Of a stretch of DNA of 64,000 nucleotides, positions 39,384-49,200 are shown one piece after another. Numbering within the stretch: the first letter of the stretch is position 1; each line of letters begins with the position of its first letter. Both the position numbers and the translations under genes were made by a program. The notes below the pieces were generated by a model, which worked only from the letters and a program-made list of their open reading frames with translations, did no database searches and was not told the origin of the DNA. The stretch covers positions 128,001 through 192,000 of the forward strand of contig JBNGDF010000001.1 of the NCBI GenBank assembly GCA_049975265.1, written 5' to 3'. This DNA is from Fidelibacterota bacterium. Lineage in GTDB: Bacteria > Fidelibacterota > UBA2242.

Positions 39384-40592
39384 TTAAAATTGTTTTGTGA
39401 GAACGTTTCTAATGGATACCAGAGCCTGATCGATTTCGGCTTTGGTAATGATCAGTGGTGGTGCAATGCGGATGACATTTTCGTGGGTCTCCTTCGCCAA
39501 AATGCCTTCCCGTTGCAGCGCCTCGCAGAATTGGCGGGCACCGCCGGCGGTGGATTTTAGGACGATACCGATCCAGAGCCCCTTTCCACGATAGAAATCT
39601 ACGTAGGGGCTCTCAATTTTCCGCAGTTCACCCATTAGATAATCGCCCATTTCTGCAGACCGGTCAATCAGATGTTCATCGATAATAATCTTAAGTGCCT
39701 CCCGGGCGACGGCGCAAGCCAGAGGGTTGCCGCCATAGGTTGAGCCGTGATCACCCGGTTTAAAAACGCTCAGTATCTCGCGGGAGGCAACCACGGCAGA
39801 GACCGGGTACATCCCGCCGGATAGTGCTTTTCCGATAACGACCATATCCGGTTTCACTTGTTCATGTTCGTAAGCAAAGAGCCTTCCGGTGCGTCCCAGA
39901 CCGCTCTGGATCTCGTCGGCGATGAGCAGAACGTTGTTCCGGCGGCAGATCTCCGCCGCTTCCCGAAGAAAGCCTTCCCGGGGAACGACTACACCGCTTT
40001 CACCCTGAATCGGCTCCACCAGAAAACCGACGGTATTTTCATTGATCGCTGCTTTCAACGCTTCGGTATCACCATAGGGAATGATTCTGAAACCGGGTGT
40101 CAATGGACCGTATCCCTCTTTGTACTGTTCTTCCGTGGAAAAGGAAACAATGGTCACCGTCCGACCATGAAAATTCCCTTCGCAGGCGATTATTTCCGCC
40201 CGGTCCCGGGCGACGCCCTGGATGGTGTAGCCCCACTTGCGGGCGGCTTTGATAGCGGTTTCCACCGCTTCGGCGCCGGAATTCATGGGGAGCATCATCT
40301 CAAATCCGGTCAATTCGCACAGCTCTTTCGCCAAGAGCGGCAGCTGATCGTTCCGAAATGCCCGGGACGTCAATGCTAAGCGGGCTGCCTGCTCCTGCAG
40401 GATTTTAACGAGACGCGGGTGACAGTGCCCTTGATTGACTGCCGAGTAGGCGGCTAAAAAATCCATATATTTTTTACCTTCGACGTCCTCGACCCAGATG
40501 CCTGAACCGCGGGTGAGAACCACATCCAGGGGCTTATAGTTGTGAGCCCCGTATTGATTTTCGAGTTCGATACACTCTCTGGTTGTTATCAT
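39384..40592 (-). CDS. rocD: Ornithine--oxo-acid aminotransferase
   Basis: AYSAVNQGH, EPIQGE, DEIQSG, GKALSGG and HGSTYGGNP. Confidence 0.93.
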   Translation of the reverse strand: MITTRECIELENQYGAHNYKPLDVVLTRGSGIWVEDVEGKKYMDFLAAYSAVNQGHCHPRLVKILQEQAARLALTSRAFRNDQLPLLAKELCELTGFEMMLPMNSGAEAVETAIKAARKWGYTIQGVARDRAEIIACEGNFHGRTVTIVSFSTEEQYKEGYGPLTPGFRIIPYGDTEALKAAINENTVGFLVEPIQGESGVVVPREGFLREAAEICRRNNVLLIADEIQSGLGRTGRLFAYEHEQVKPDMVVIGKALSGGMYPVSAVVASREILSVFKPGDHGSTYGGNPLACAVAREALKIIIDEHLIDRSAEMGDYLMGELRKIESPYVDFYRGKGLWIGIVLKSTAGGARQFCEALQREGILAKETHENVIRIAPPLIITKAEIDQALVSIRNVLTKQF

Positions 40593-40787
40593 ATAAAAAC
40601 CTCACTTGTGTGCATTTCCGAATTCCACTGTTGCCTGAATTTAGATAATGATTGTGGAAAAAGCAGGCGTTTTCTTAAATTAATTAAGAACTTTATAAGT
40701 TCCCAATCCCGTCGGAATCCCGGGGTAGTCGCAACATTCTTACGAGAAAAATGTATTATATCCCCCTGCGTGCGGTATAAATGAACC

Positions 40788-42248
40788 TTAAAAATACCGG
40801 CTAAGAGACAATTGGTGGCTGGTTCCGCCCCGCTCCACTGTTTTCTTGCCGGGAACCGGCTCGGTGAAGTGCACCGGGCTCTCATCGAGGCGTCTGATGA
40901 CCGGGAGCAGCTGGCTCAGCCGGTACTCCAGGGCATAATCGCCGAAATTGTACTGTAAAGCGCTCTGGATATCGAAGATATTGGCATCAAGGCGAAGGGG
41001 ATAGTCCAGCGGTGTCGCCACCAATCCAAATTCCAGCTCGGCTTCCCCCACCATTTGCAGAAAAATCCTTGAATGCAGATAATGTCCCAGCAAAGTGAAC
41101 CGGATTTTTGATTTTGAAAGGCGATAAAAATAGAGAACATCCTGACTGAAAATCCGCCCCTTCCGGAGTTCGCCCCCGGCTTTGTGGGAGATTGGCAGAA
41201 TACCGTAAAGAACCCCCAATACCGGCGTCCGGAGGGAGAAATCACCGCCGAATGCAGACAGTGAGACTCCGGCACGGAAGTGATGATCTGCTCCGGTATG
41301 GTGGCAAAGCAGTGCTCCGCTGTTGAGGCTGAAATCCCCCGATCCAAGTTCGTCAAAATCGGTGAAGGAGGGCGGATGATTGTCGGTGTGGTAATGGAGT
41401 CCGGCATGCGAATAACGAATTTCAGCTGCCAGGCAGGCGGGCTCTGACTGTCCCAGCTTCAGAGAGAGCTGGGTCGAATGAAATCGGGTTGGGATATCCA
41501 GGATCCGCCTGCCGTTCAGAACCGGTTTGTTGGTGGTATTGTTGTAGCGAAAAGTAACGGCATTGTCCCATTGAAAGTGATTCAGAGCGATACACAGACG
41601 GTTTTGGTCATTGCGGAGAGGAATACTGATCCAGGGAGTCAATTCGAACTGTTGCGTGCGGATTTTGGATTGAATGGGATTCCCGAATGTCCGGGGCAAC
41701 CAGTCAAGGAAATAACGGTTCAGGCGTGAATCTTCCGAGTGGGGATAGGTTTTGATAACGGCTGTCGCGGAATGACTCCGGGATGTCGAGCGGAATTGCA
41801 GTCCCAGACTTTTGTTATTGGCGGCTCTGACCCAAAGGATGGCATAGGTCTGCCCCTTTCCGTTGCCTTCACCCCGCACGGCGGTCCGGTCGCGCTGGTT
41901 TTCGGCGGCAAGCCGATCAAGTCCAATGTGAACCCTGAAGATATGGTCCGCCGCCGCGGTTCTGACAGGTAATACGAATCGAAAACAGCCCGATTGCTGG
42001 TCTGTTGTCAAGACCCGTTGGTCGAAAATTCTTTTCCGGTAGATATCGTCATACCGATAGGTGATGTTGAACTCTTTTGTGATGCTTGCAATTTGCCGGT
42101 GCAGAATACCGTTGAAATCATCAAGAAGCGCCAACCGGGTAAAGCTGTCCTGCCACCGGGCGGTGGTGATTTGTATAAATAAAGCAGTAAAGCAGAAGGG
42201 GAAAAGCAGTCTACCTTTCCCCTTTTGAATTGCATAAACAGGTTTCAA
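40788..42248 (-). CDS. Hypothetical protein, probable outer-membrane beta-barrel
   Basis: Signal-like N-terminus, alternating amphipathic strands, C-terminal LSLSRYF. Confidence 0.5.
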   Translation of the reverse strand: MKPVYAIQKGKGRLLFPFCFTALFIQITTARWQDSFTRLALLDDFNGILHRQIASITKEFNITYRYDDIYRKRIFDQRVLTTDQQSGCFRFVLPVRTAAADHIFRVHIGLDRLAAENQRDRTAVRGEGNGKGQTYAILWVRAANNKSLGLQFRSTSRSHSATAVIKTYPHSEDSRLNRYFLDWLPRTFGNPIQSKIRTQQFELTPWISIPLRNDQNRLCIALNHFQWDNAVTFRYNNTTNKPVLNGRRILDIPTRFHSTQLSLKLGQSEPACLAAEIRYSHAGLHYHTDNHPPSFTDFDELGSGDFSLNSGALLCHHTGADHHFRAGVSLSAFGGDFSLRTPVLGVLYGILPISHKAGGELRKGRIFSQDVLYFYRLSKSKIRFTLLGHYLHSRIFLQMVGEAELEFGLVATPLDYPLRLDANIFDIQSALQYNFGDYALEYRLSQLLPVIRRLDESPVHFTEPVPGKKTVERGGTSHQLSLSRYF

Positions 42249-42256
42249 TCGGTGCC

Positions 42257-44635
42257 CTATTTCATGAGCGTCATTTTGCGGGTCATCATTTTGTCATTTA
42301 CCAGCAATTTCAGGAAGTAGATACCGGAGGGATAGCCCGCGGCGTTCCATTGTAATCTGATTTTCCCGGCGTTCAGTGGTCCATTGTGCAGATTACCGAC
42401 GATTTCGCCCCTTAGATTGACGATGCTGACGGAGATGTCGGCGGCTTCGGGCAGGTCGAAAGCGATCGTCGCTACCGGGTTAAACGGATTCGGATAAACG
42501 GGGTGCAGAGCGAATGAAACCGGCAGTTTCGGCGCTTCCTCTACCCCCACCTCTTTGTAGCGATCGGGAAACATTCCGCCCATGGTACTGTCAACGCCCA
42601 GTGCAAAATTTTTCCACATGGTTAAAAAACTGGTCGGCGGATTATCAAACCAGGCGGAGAGATTGACCCGCTCCCCGTCGATCCACATCATGGAATCCGG
42701 ATAGGCAAAATCCTCGTACATTTCCCAGGCGTTGAAGGACATCATATCCATAATAAATTCCATCTCGGTGGCGTCCATACCAAAATCATCTTCATAAGGT
42801 TTCATGGCGGTCGCCAGATTGACCATATTGTCAAAGAATGTGCCGAGATTCAGAAAGGCGTCCTCGAGCCAGGCACCGGCTTCATGAAATTTTTCAATAC
42901 CGTAAGGCGTTACGGTGAGAAAATCCGGGTTGGACTGTTCCAGAATCAGGATAATGTCCAACTCTGATTCCACGTTGGAGAAGTCCAGTACCGCGGGGTC
43001 CAGGTCCAGGATGAAAATATTGCTCAGTTCTGCATAGATATTCGATAAGCCGTCGGCGATCATGGACATCCCGTCAATCGCCAGCTCCATTGCAGCGGTC
43101 ATCAGGGCAACATGCGATACGGTCAGAGGGGTAATGGAAAATTCCGAGTTTTCATCCAGAGAATAGAGACCACCGATCTCGTCTTCATTTTCCAAAATAA
43201 GAATAACATAGTTCACCGCCTCTTCGCTTTCGATATATTGATCGATGTGGTAGCGGATTTCGCTGATCTGATCCTGGAGATCGAAGCTGCTCCAATCATA
43301 ATAGAAGGTCAGGCTGTCAATATATCCCTCGGAGATAAAATAGAGCGACCGGTCGATATCACCGAAAAACTCCTCGTCATTCAGCATGTCATACAGCAGG
43401 GTCAGAGCCAGCCCGAAGTGCTCGTCGGGAGTAACCAGAGAAGGCGTCAGGGTTTCTTTGGTCAGGAGCGCCTGTTGATATAAGTGCAGTTTGTTTTCAA
43501 ATTGCTCTACACTATCATTAGCGTTCAGAATAATGTCCGATTCTATCATGGCATACATATCAGAAGTGATGCCCTGCGGGAAGGTATTGCTGAATGTAAA
43601 GGATTCGGGTTCACCATTGCGGTAAAAGTCCTGGAATACACCCCAGAGACCGTCGTGATGGGCGAGACTTTCGATGATACCGCGCGGACGGATTGTTTTG
43701 TTTTCTGCTTCAGGTTCGATGGGATACTCTTTGCCAGCCATGAGAGTGTCAAACTCCACGACCAGTTCCTGCAGGGAATCGATAAACGCCAGATCCAACT
43801 CCAACGGAGCAAAGGGCTGATTCAATAAGAGGACCTGAATCGAGTCGAGCAGCGCATAGAGCGAATCCAGTCCCATATGTACGACGGTGACACCGGGTTC
43901 AATGTCATCGCTGTTTGCATTTAGTGAATCCACGACCTGCGTCCAGCCGCTGTCCAGAGCGGTGCCCATATTTTCGCCCAGAAGACCGATCCTGTCAACA
44001 CGGTCGAAGAGTGCCCTTGAAAATACGAACAGCGTATCTTCATATTCGGTTCCGGTTAATTGAACATAGTACTCAAAATCGGCGGTTCCATTAGCGACGG
44101 CGTCCCAGTTATCCCCGAATGTTCCGGCGATGGGATCGGTCTTTTCGAAAAAGAGCTCCAGAGCGACTTCCATATCGTATACATCGGAATTGATGTTGTC
44201 CAGCCAGAGCTGAACGGAATCCCGGTAAGCCGGATAGGTCCCGGAATCAAAAAATTCAGTCAATTGCAGCACGAAGTCGTTGGGATTTTCCGCCAGAAAG
44301 AGGGGCAGAATATCCACCAGAGACTGGATGGCGATATTAATGGAATTTCTTTGCAGATCATTGAGAAGATATTCCATGTCGCTGATCAGTGTGTCGCCGT
44401 TGATATGTGTCCGGGCAGCCTGGATAATGGCGAGTCCCATATGAGCTTTCATAGTCTGTTCATCATCGGCGCCCGGCAATAACGCAAGATATTCGGTTTC
44501 CATACTGTCCAGATAATCAATATATGCGGGCGAAATATCCGCTTGCAGTACGATATCGGGCGTCTGGGCACTCAGGGGGAAACAAAATAAAATAACAAGA
44601 AATAGGAACGTAAGATTTTTTGTAGCTTTTTTCAT
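42257..44635 (-). CDS. Highly acidic secreted helical protein with a C-terminal T9SS/FlgD-type sorting domain
   Basis: Signal peptide; D/E-rich and K/R-poor body; YPNPFNP...SGIYF C-terminus. Confidence 0.75.
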   Translation of the reverse strand: MKKATKNLTFLFLVILFCFPLSAQTPDIVLQADISPAYIDYLDSMETEYLALLPGADDEQTMKAHMGLAIIQAARTHINGDTLISDMEYLLNDLQRNSINIAIQSLVDILPLFLAENPNDFVLQLTEFFDSGTYPAYRDSVQLWLDNINSDVYDMEVALELFFEKTDPIAGTFGDNWDAVANGTADFEYYVQLTGTEYEDTLFVFSRALFDRVDRIGLLGENMGTALDSGWTQVVDSLNANSDDIEPGVTVVHMGLDSLYALLDSIQVLLLNQPFAPLELDLAFIDSLQELVVEFDTLMAGKEYPIEPEAENKTIRPRGIIESLAHHDGLWGVFQDFYRNGEPESFTFSNTFPQGITSDMYAMIESDIILNANDSVEQFENKLHLYQQALLTKETLTPSLVTPDEHFGLALTLLYDMLNDEEFFGDIDRSLYFISEGYIDSLTFYYDWSSFDLQDQISEIRYHIDQYIESEEAVNYVILILENEDEIGGLYSLDENSEFSITPLTVSHVALMTAAMELAIDGMSMIADGLSNIYAELSNIFILDLDPAVLDFSNVESELDIILILEQSNPDFLTVTPYGIEKFHEAGAWLEDAFLNLGTFFDNMVNLATAMKPYEDDFGMDATEMEFIMDMMSFNAWEMYEDFAYPDSMMWIDGERVNLSAWFDNPPTSFLTMWKNFALGVDSTMGGMFPDRYKEVGVEEAPKLPVSFALHPVYPNPFNPVATIAFDLPEAADISVSIVNLRGEIVGNLHNGPLNAGKIRLQWNAAGYPSGIYFLKLLVNDKMMTRKMTLMK

Positions 44636-44714
44636 GATAGTCTCCTTGGAATTTTACGTTTTTAATTTAACAATGGAAGGTTAAACAGTATGTATCACAA
44701 CTCACAATTGGAGA

Positions 44715-45890
44715 TTAGACCAGAAATATCTCCTTTTGCGGATGAGAGAGCCATTCGCAGCCGTCTTCGGTGACGACAATCATCTCCTCAACGGTGGCGA
44801 CGCCGTATCCCTCGATAGGCAGGCGCGGCTCAATGGTATAAACCTGTCCCTCCTCAATTGGCAGATAGGGAACATCACCATACCGTTCCCAGCGCGGTCC
44901 CAACATACCGGCGCCGTCGTGGGTCGAACGACCAACCTGGTGACCAAGTCCGTGAGGAAACTCGGGATAACCTCTGGAGATAATATAGTCCCGGGCGATT
45001 TTATCGATCTCCCAGCCCATCAAACCGGGGCGGATGGCATCCTTTGCCATCTGAACAGATTCGATGATGGTATTAAAACCACGTAGTACTTCGGCGGGCG
45101 CCTCCTTTTCGCTATCTCTTAAAAAATACCAGGTCCGCTGTATATCGGAACAGTATTCATCTTTTTTCACACCGAAATCAATGTTCAGCACATGCCCCTT
45201 CTGAATGATTCGCTCCGTTGGATCGGCGTGTGCACCGGCGGAATCGGGTCCGGTGAATACCGCCGGACAGGAGCTTTGCTCCCAAGCCGTCGTGACGCCG
45301 TGTTCCGCCACTTTATCCAAGATGAAACGAGCGACATCAAGCTCCCTCATTCCGGGCTGCATATATTCGGAGACCTGGGCGTAAATATTTTCTGTCAGCT
45401 GAATCGCCGCCTTGATGCGCTCAATCTCCGTTTTGGTTTTACGACCACGCAATGTGGCGACGATTTCTTCCGAGCTGACAAAACGGTCGCTGAATTTGGT
45501 TGAAGCCGTCATATCCATCAGTAATTCATACATTCCGTGAGTCAGCCCATCAGCCATATAGTCGTTTTTCGAGGTGTTAATGGCGATTGTCTGCGGATTC
45601 AGGTCATTCAATACAGTCAGAAGTTCATCCTTTAAACCACCGACATATTTGCGGATATCCCGATAAAGTCCGGTCAGGCGGACCCGTTCGTGATCCAGGC
45701 TGCCAACAATGGCGATTGTTTTGCCACTCCGGGTGATGATAAACGCCGATTGCCAGGTAACGTTTGTTCCCAGAGTCAGATCAAGACAGGGATCGGCAAT
45801 GGCTTCGGTCTCCCGTACGAAGGTCAGCCACATATCAATCTGTTTTTCCTCCAGGATGTCCACCGCCTGCTGAATTTTTTCCTGTAACAT
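44715..45890 (-). CDS. M24 Xaa-Pro peptidase
   Basis: DFG, SDIQRT, HGLGH, TIEP and EE metal ligands. Confidence 0.9.
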   Translation of the reverse strand: MLQEKIQQAVDILEEKQIDMWLTFVRETEAIADPCLDLTLGTNVTWQSAFIITRSGKTIAIVGSLDHERVRLTGLYRDIRKYVGGLKDELLTVLNDLNPQTIAINTSKNDYMADGLTHGMYELLMDMTASTKFSDRFVSSEEIVATLRGRKTKTEIERIKAAIQLTENIYAQVSEYMQPGMRELDVARFILDKVAEHGVTTAWEQSSCPAVFTGPDSAGAHADPTERIIQKGHVLNIDFGVKKDEYCSDIQRTWYFLRDSEKEAPAEVLRGFNTIIESVQMAKDAIRPGLMGWEIDKIARDYIISRGYPEFPHGLGHQVGRSTHDGAGMLGPRWERYGDVPYLPIEEGQVYTIEPRLPIEGYGVATVEEMIVVTEDGCEWLSHPQKEIFLV

Positions 45891-45946
45891 CGATTCACTC
45901 TCCCTTTAATTTACCGGAGCTGAATTTACACGAAAGTATCCTTAAT

Positions 45947-45988
45947 AAAAAATGTCGGAGGAAGTACCGGGCGGTAAATTCCTCCGAC
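45947..45988 (-). terminator. Strong intrinsic terminator on the minus strand
   Basis: GTCGGAGGAA/TTCCTCCGAC 10-bp stem with an inner TACCG/CGGTA stem, followed by ATTTTTT. Confidence 0.8.
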
Positions 45989-46046
45989 GCGTGGGGTCTA
46001 TGGCTCTATTATGAGAGCGGTGGGTTATTGTTACTCAAATAACGCC
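45947..46046 (-). ncRNA. Candidate sigma54-dependent small RNA (~100 nt)
   Basis: Bounded by a sigma54 promoter and a terminator; no translatable ORF; hairpins GTTATT/AATAAC and GCTCT/AGAGC, then an unpaired GACCCCAC. Confidence 0.6.
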
Positions 46047-46054
46047 CTACCTAT

Positions 46055-46070
46055 TGCAACGCTTATGCCA
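46055..46070 (-). promoter_or_regulatory. sigma54 -24/-12 promoter
   Basis: TGGCAT-AAGCG-TTGCA with exact consensus spacing. Confidence 0.75.
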
Positions 46071-46088
46071 AGGATATATGTTCAATGA

Positions 46089-46164
46089 TAACAATATCTT
46101 ATTATTTATGGTGTTGGTAATTTTATTACCCAATCACCACAAAAATTGTGGTGTTTTTACCACA
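46089..46164. promoter_or_regulatory. IHF-like site plus palindromic upstream activator sequences
   Basis: TAACAATATCTTA (one mismatch to WATCAANNNNTTR) at 46089; GGTAAT-N3-ATTACC at 46116; TGTGGT-N6-ACCACA at 46147-46164. Confidence 0.55.
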
Positions 46165-46181
46165 GTTTCGGAGCGGAAAAA

Positions 46182-49001
46182 TTATTTCAGTAGTTTTTTA
46201 AGGAATTGACCGGTGTAGGAATGATCGATCGCGGCGATATTTTCGGGTGTGCCGGTGGCAACAATGGTTCCTCCCTGGTCACCACCTTCGGGTCCCAGAT
46301 CGATGATATGGTCGGCGGTTTTAATAACATCGAGGTTATGCTCGATCACGATGATTGTATTACCCTGATCCACCAGGCGATTCAGGACATCGAGCAATAT
46401 TTTGATATCCTCGAAATGCAGACCGGTGGTCGGTTCATCCAGAATATAGAGCGTTTTTCCGGTTCCGACTTTGCTGAGTTCCGTCGCCAATTTGACTCGC
46501 TGGGCTTCACCGCCGGAGAGGGTTGTTGCCTGTTGTCCGAGCTTGAGATAGCCGAGCCCGACGCTATGCAGGGTCTCCAGTTTTTTGCGGAGGCGCGGAA
46601 TTTTTTCAAAGAATGTCAGGGCTTCATTGACCGACATATCCAGAACGTCGGCAATGCTTTTACCGCGATATTTAATCTCGAGGGTTTCCCGGTTGTAGCG
46701 CTTGCCTTTGCACACCTCACAGGGCACGTAGACATCGGGCAGAAAGTGCATTTCGATTTTTCGAATGCCATCACCGTTGCAGGCTTCGCAGCGACCGCCA
46801 CGGACATTAAAAGAGAAGCGCCCGGCACGGTAGCCGCGAATTTTGGACTCTTTCAGTGAGCTGAACAGCTCCCGGATGATGCCGAAGGTTCCGGTGTAAG
46901 TTGCCGGATTGGAGCGGGGAGTACGTCCGATGGGATTCTGGTTGATATCAATGACCTTGTCAATGTATTCAATTCCGCGAATGGATTCGTATTTCAGCGG
47001 GATTTGTGATGATTTGTAAAAATGCCGGTGCAGGATCGGGTAGAGGGTTTCATTGATTAAGCTACTTTTACCGGACCCGGACACGCCGGTGATGCAGATG
47101 AATTTGCCGAGAGGAAAATAGACGGTAATGTTTTTCAGATTGTTGCCCTGGGCGCCGCAGAGGCAGAGCTGTTTACCGTTGCCGGACCGCCGGTTTGGAG
47201 AATAGTGGATGTACCTTTTCCCGGATAGGTATTGCCCGGTCAGGGATTGGTCGTTTTGCCGGATGTCATCGGGTGTGCCCTGGGCGACCACATAGCCGCC
47301 CGTTTCGCCGGCGCCGGGCCCCAGGTCGAGAATAAAATCACCCTGTTCGATGGTTTCCCGGTCGTGCTCCACCACCATTACGGTATTCCCGATGTCTCGA
47401 AGACGGGTGAGAGTATTCAGCAGGCGACCGTTGTCGCGCTGGTGCAGACCGATGCTTGGCTCGTCCAGAATATAGAGCACTCCGACAAGTTGGGAGCCAA
47501 TCTGGGTGGCAAGCCGGATGCGCTGGGCTTCGCCTCCGGAAAGGGTCTGGGCGGAGCGGTCGAGGGTCAGATATTCCACACCCACATTGATCAGAAAATC
47601 GACCCGTTCGCGGATTTCTTTCAGAATCTGGTGAGCAATCAATTGTTCACTGGAGCTCAGCTCCAACTCTCTGAAGAATGTTTTTAATCCAGAGACCGGA
47701 TAGGCGGTCAGTTGGCTGATCGACAGTCCGCCGACTTTGACTGCCAGACTCTCTTTTTTCAGGCGGGCACCGTTGCAGGTGTGGCAGGGACGTACACTCA
47801 TAAACTGATTGATCCAGGTTCGGATTCCGATGGAATTGGTCTGGGTGTACCGGCGTTTTAAATTGTTGATAACACCCTCAAACGGTGCATTATATTGCCC
47901 CTGCATACGTTGGGAATTATAGTTCACCGTGACAGCATCCCCGGATGTTCCATAGAGAAGCACCTGCTTTGCCTGCTCCGGAAGCCGGTAAAAAGGGGTG
48001 ATAAAATCGAAATTGTATCGTTTTGCAAGCCCTTTTAGAATGGCGGAATACCAGTTGCCCCGGGGCTGCTCACCGAGGGGAATGATGGCTCCTTCCGAGA
48101 GACTCTTGCGGTCATCGGGCACTAGCAGGTCCGGATCGATTTCCATTTGATATCCCAGCCCGTCACAGTCCGGGCAGGCGCCGTACGGGCTGTTGAAAGA
48201 GAACATCCGGGGCGAGAGCTCTTCGTAGCTGATGCCGCAGTCGGGACAGGCAAAGTGTTCGCTGAAGATGTGTTCCGCCTCGCCGTTAACCCAGACGATG
48301 ATCAGACCTGAGCCGAGATTCAGAGCCAGTTCGACGGACTCAGTGAGGCGCTCCTGGATGGAGGAGTTCACAATCAGGCGATCGACGACGACTTCGATAT
48401 GGTGTTGTTTGTTTTTATCAAGCCGGATCGGCTGGTCGATATCAAATATTTTACCGTCGATTCGTACCCGGACAAAGCCCTCCCGGCGAACCTCTTTGAA
48501 AATCTCGCGATATTCACCCTTGCGACCCCGCACCAGCGGCGCCATGATCATAATCCGGGTATCTTCCGGAAAATTCAGAATAGCATCCACGATCTGCTGC
48601 GGTGTCTGTTTCTGGATGCGTTTGCCGCAATTGTAGCAGTAGGGAACCCCGATCCGGGCATACAGCAGGCGTAGATGATCGTATATTTCGGTTAATGTCC
48701 CGACGGTGCTGCGGGGATTGCGGGAGGCTGCCTTTTGCTCAATGGAGATGGTGGGGCTGAGACCCTCGATAAAATCCACATCCGGTTTTTCCATGACACC
48801 GAGAAACTGGCGGGCATAGGCGGAAAGCGATTCCACGTAGCGCCGCTGTCCCTCGGCGTAGATGGTGTCAAAAGCCAGCGAGGATTTTCCCGAACCCGAT
48901 AAACCGGTAATGATCACCAGTTTATCCCGGGGAATCCTGACATCGATGTTTTTCAGATTGTGCTCACGGGCACCTTTTATAATGATATCGTGACGGCTCA
49001 T
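46182..49001 (-). CDS. uvrA: Excinuclease ABC subunit A
   Basis: GLSGSGKSS, two LSGGEAQR signatures and Zn-finger cysteines. Confidence 0.98.
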   Translation of the reverse strand: MSRHDIIIKGAREHNLKNIDVRIPRDKLVIITGLSGSGKSSLAFDTIYAEGQRRYVESLSAYARQFLGVMEKPDVDFIEGLSPTISIEQKAASRNPRSTVGTLTEIYDHLRLLYARIGVPYCYNCGKRIQKQTPQQIVDAILNFPEDTRIMIMAPLVRGRKGEYREIFKEVRREGFVRVRIDGKIFDIDQPIRLDKNKQHHIEVVVDRLIVNSSIQERLTESVELALNLGSGLIIVWVNGEAEHIFSEHFACPDCGISYEELSPRMFSFNSPYGACPDCDGLGYQMEIDPDLLVPDDRKSLSEGAIIPLGEQPRGNWYSAILKGLAKRYNFDFITPFYRLPEQAKQVLLYGTSGDAVTVNYNSQRMQGQYNAPFEGVINNLKRRYTQTNSIGIRTWINQFMSVRPCHTCNGARLKKESLAVKVGGLSISQLTAYPVSGLKTFFRELELSSSEQLIAHQILKEIRERVDFLINVGVEYLTLDRSAQTLSGGEAQRIRLATQIGSQLVGVLYILDEPSIGLHQRDNGRLLNTLTRLRDIGNTVMVVEHDRETIEQGDFILDLGPGAGETGGYVVAQGTPDDIRQNDQSLTGQYLSGKRYIHYSPNRRSGNGKQLCLCGAQGNNLKNITVYFPLGKFICITGVSGSGKSSLINETLYPILHRHFYKSSQIPLKYESIRGIEYIDKVIDINQNPIGRTPRSNPATYTGTFGIIRELFSSLKESKIRGYRAGRFSFNVRGGRCEACNGDGIRKIEMHFLPDVYVPCEVCKGKRYNRETLEIKYRGKSIADVLDMSVNEALTFFEKIPRLRKKLETLHSVGLGYLKLGQQATTLSGGEAQRVKLATELSKVGTGKTLYILDEPTTGLHFEDIKILLDVLNRLVDQGNTIIVIEHNLDVIKTADHIIDLGPEGGDQGGTIVATGTPENIAAIDHSYTGQFLKKLLK

Positions 49002-49200
49002 TTATTCATCCTGACAATCATGAAAATTACAACTAACACGGCACAACGGAAAGATTTTTTCTCAGGTTCAATATATCATTTCTAAAGAGTTGTGGTTAAA
49101 TTAGGTGAGTGGATATCAGACATTTTCAGATGTATCCAAAAATGGTCTAAGAGGATCAAACAAAATAAACCCAGGATAACATTTAGGAAGGAAATAGGAG

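Noticed and set aside
40593..40787. sigma54 promoter or riboswitch upstream of rocD
   Set aside because: No GG-N10-GC motif in consensus context; only AT-rich short palindromes.
46009..46038. Micro-ORF (TTG...TAA, 9 codons) inside the candidate sRNA
   Set aside because: No SD, weak start codon, and it lies within hairpins.
49002..49200. LexA/SOS box upstream of uvrA
   Set aside because: No convincing palindrome of a known LexA type.
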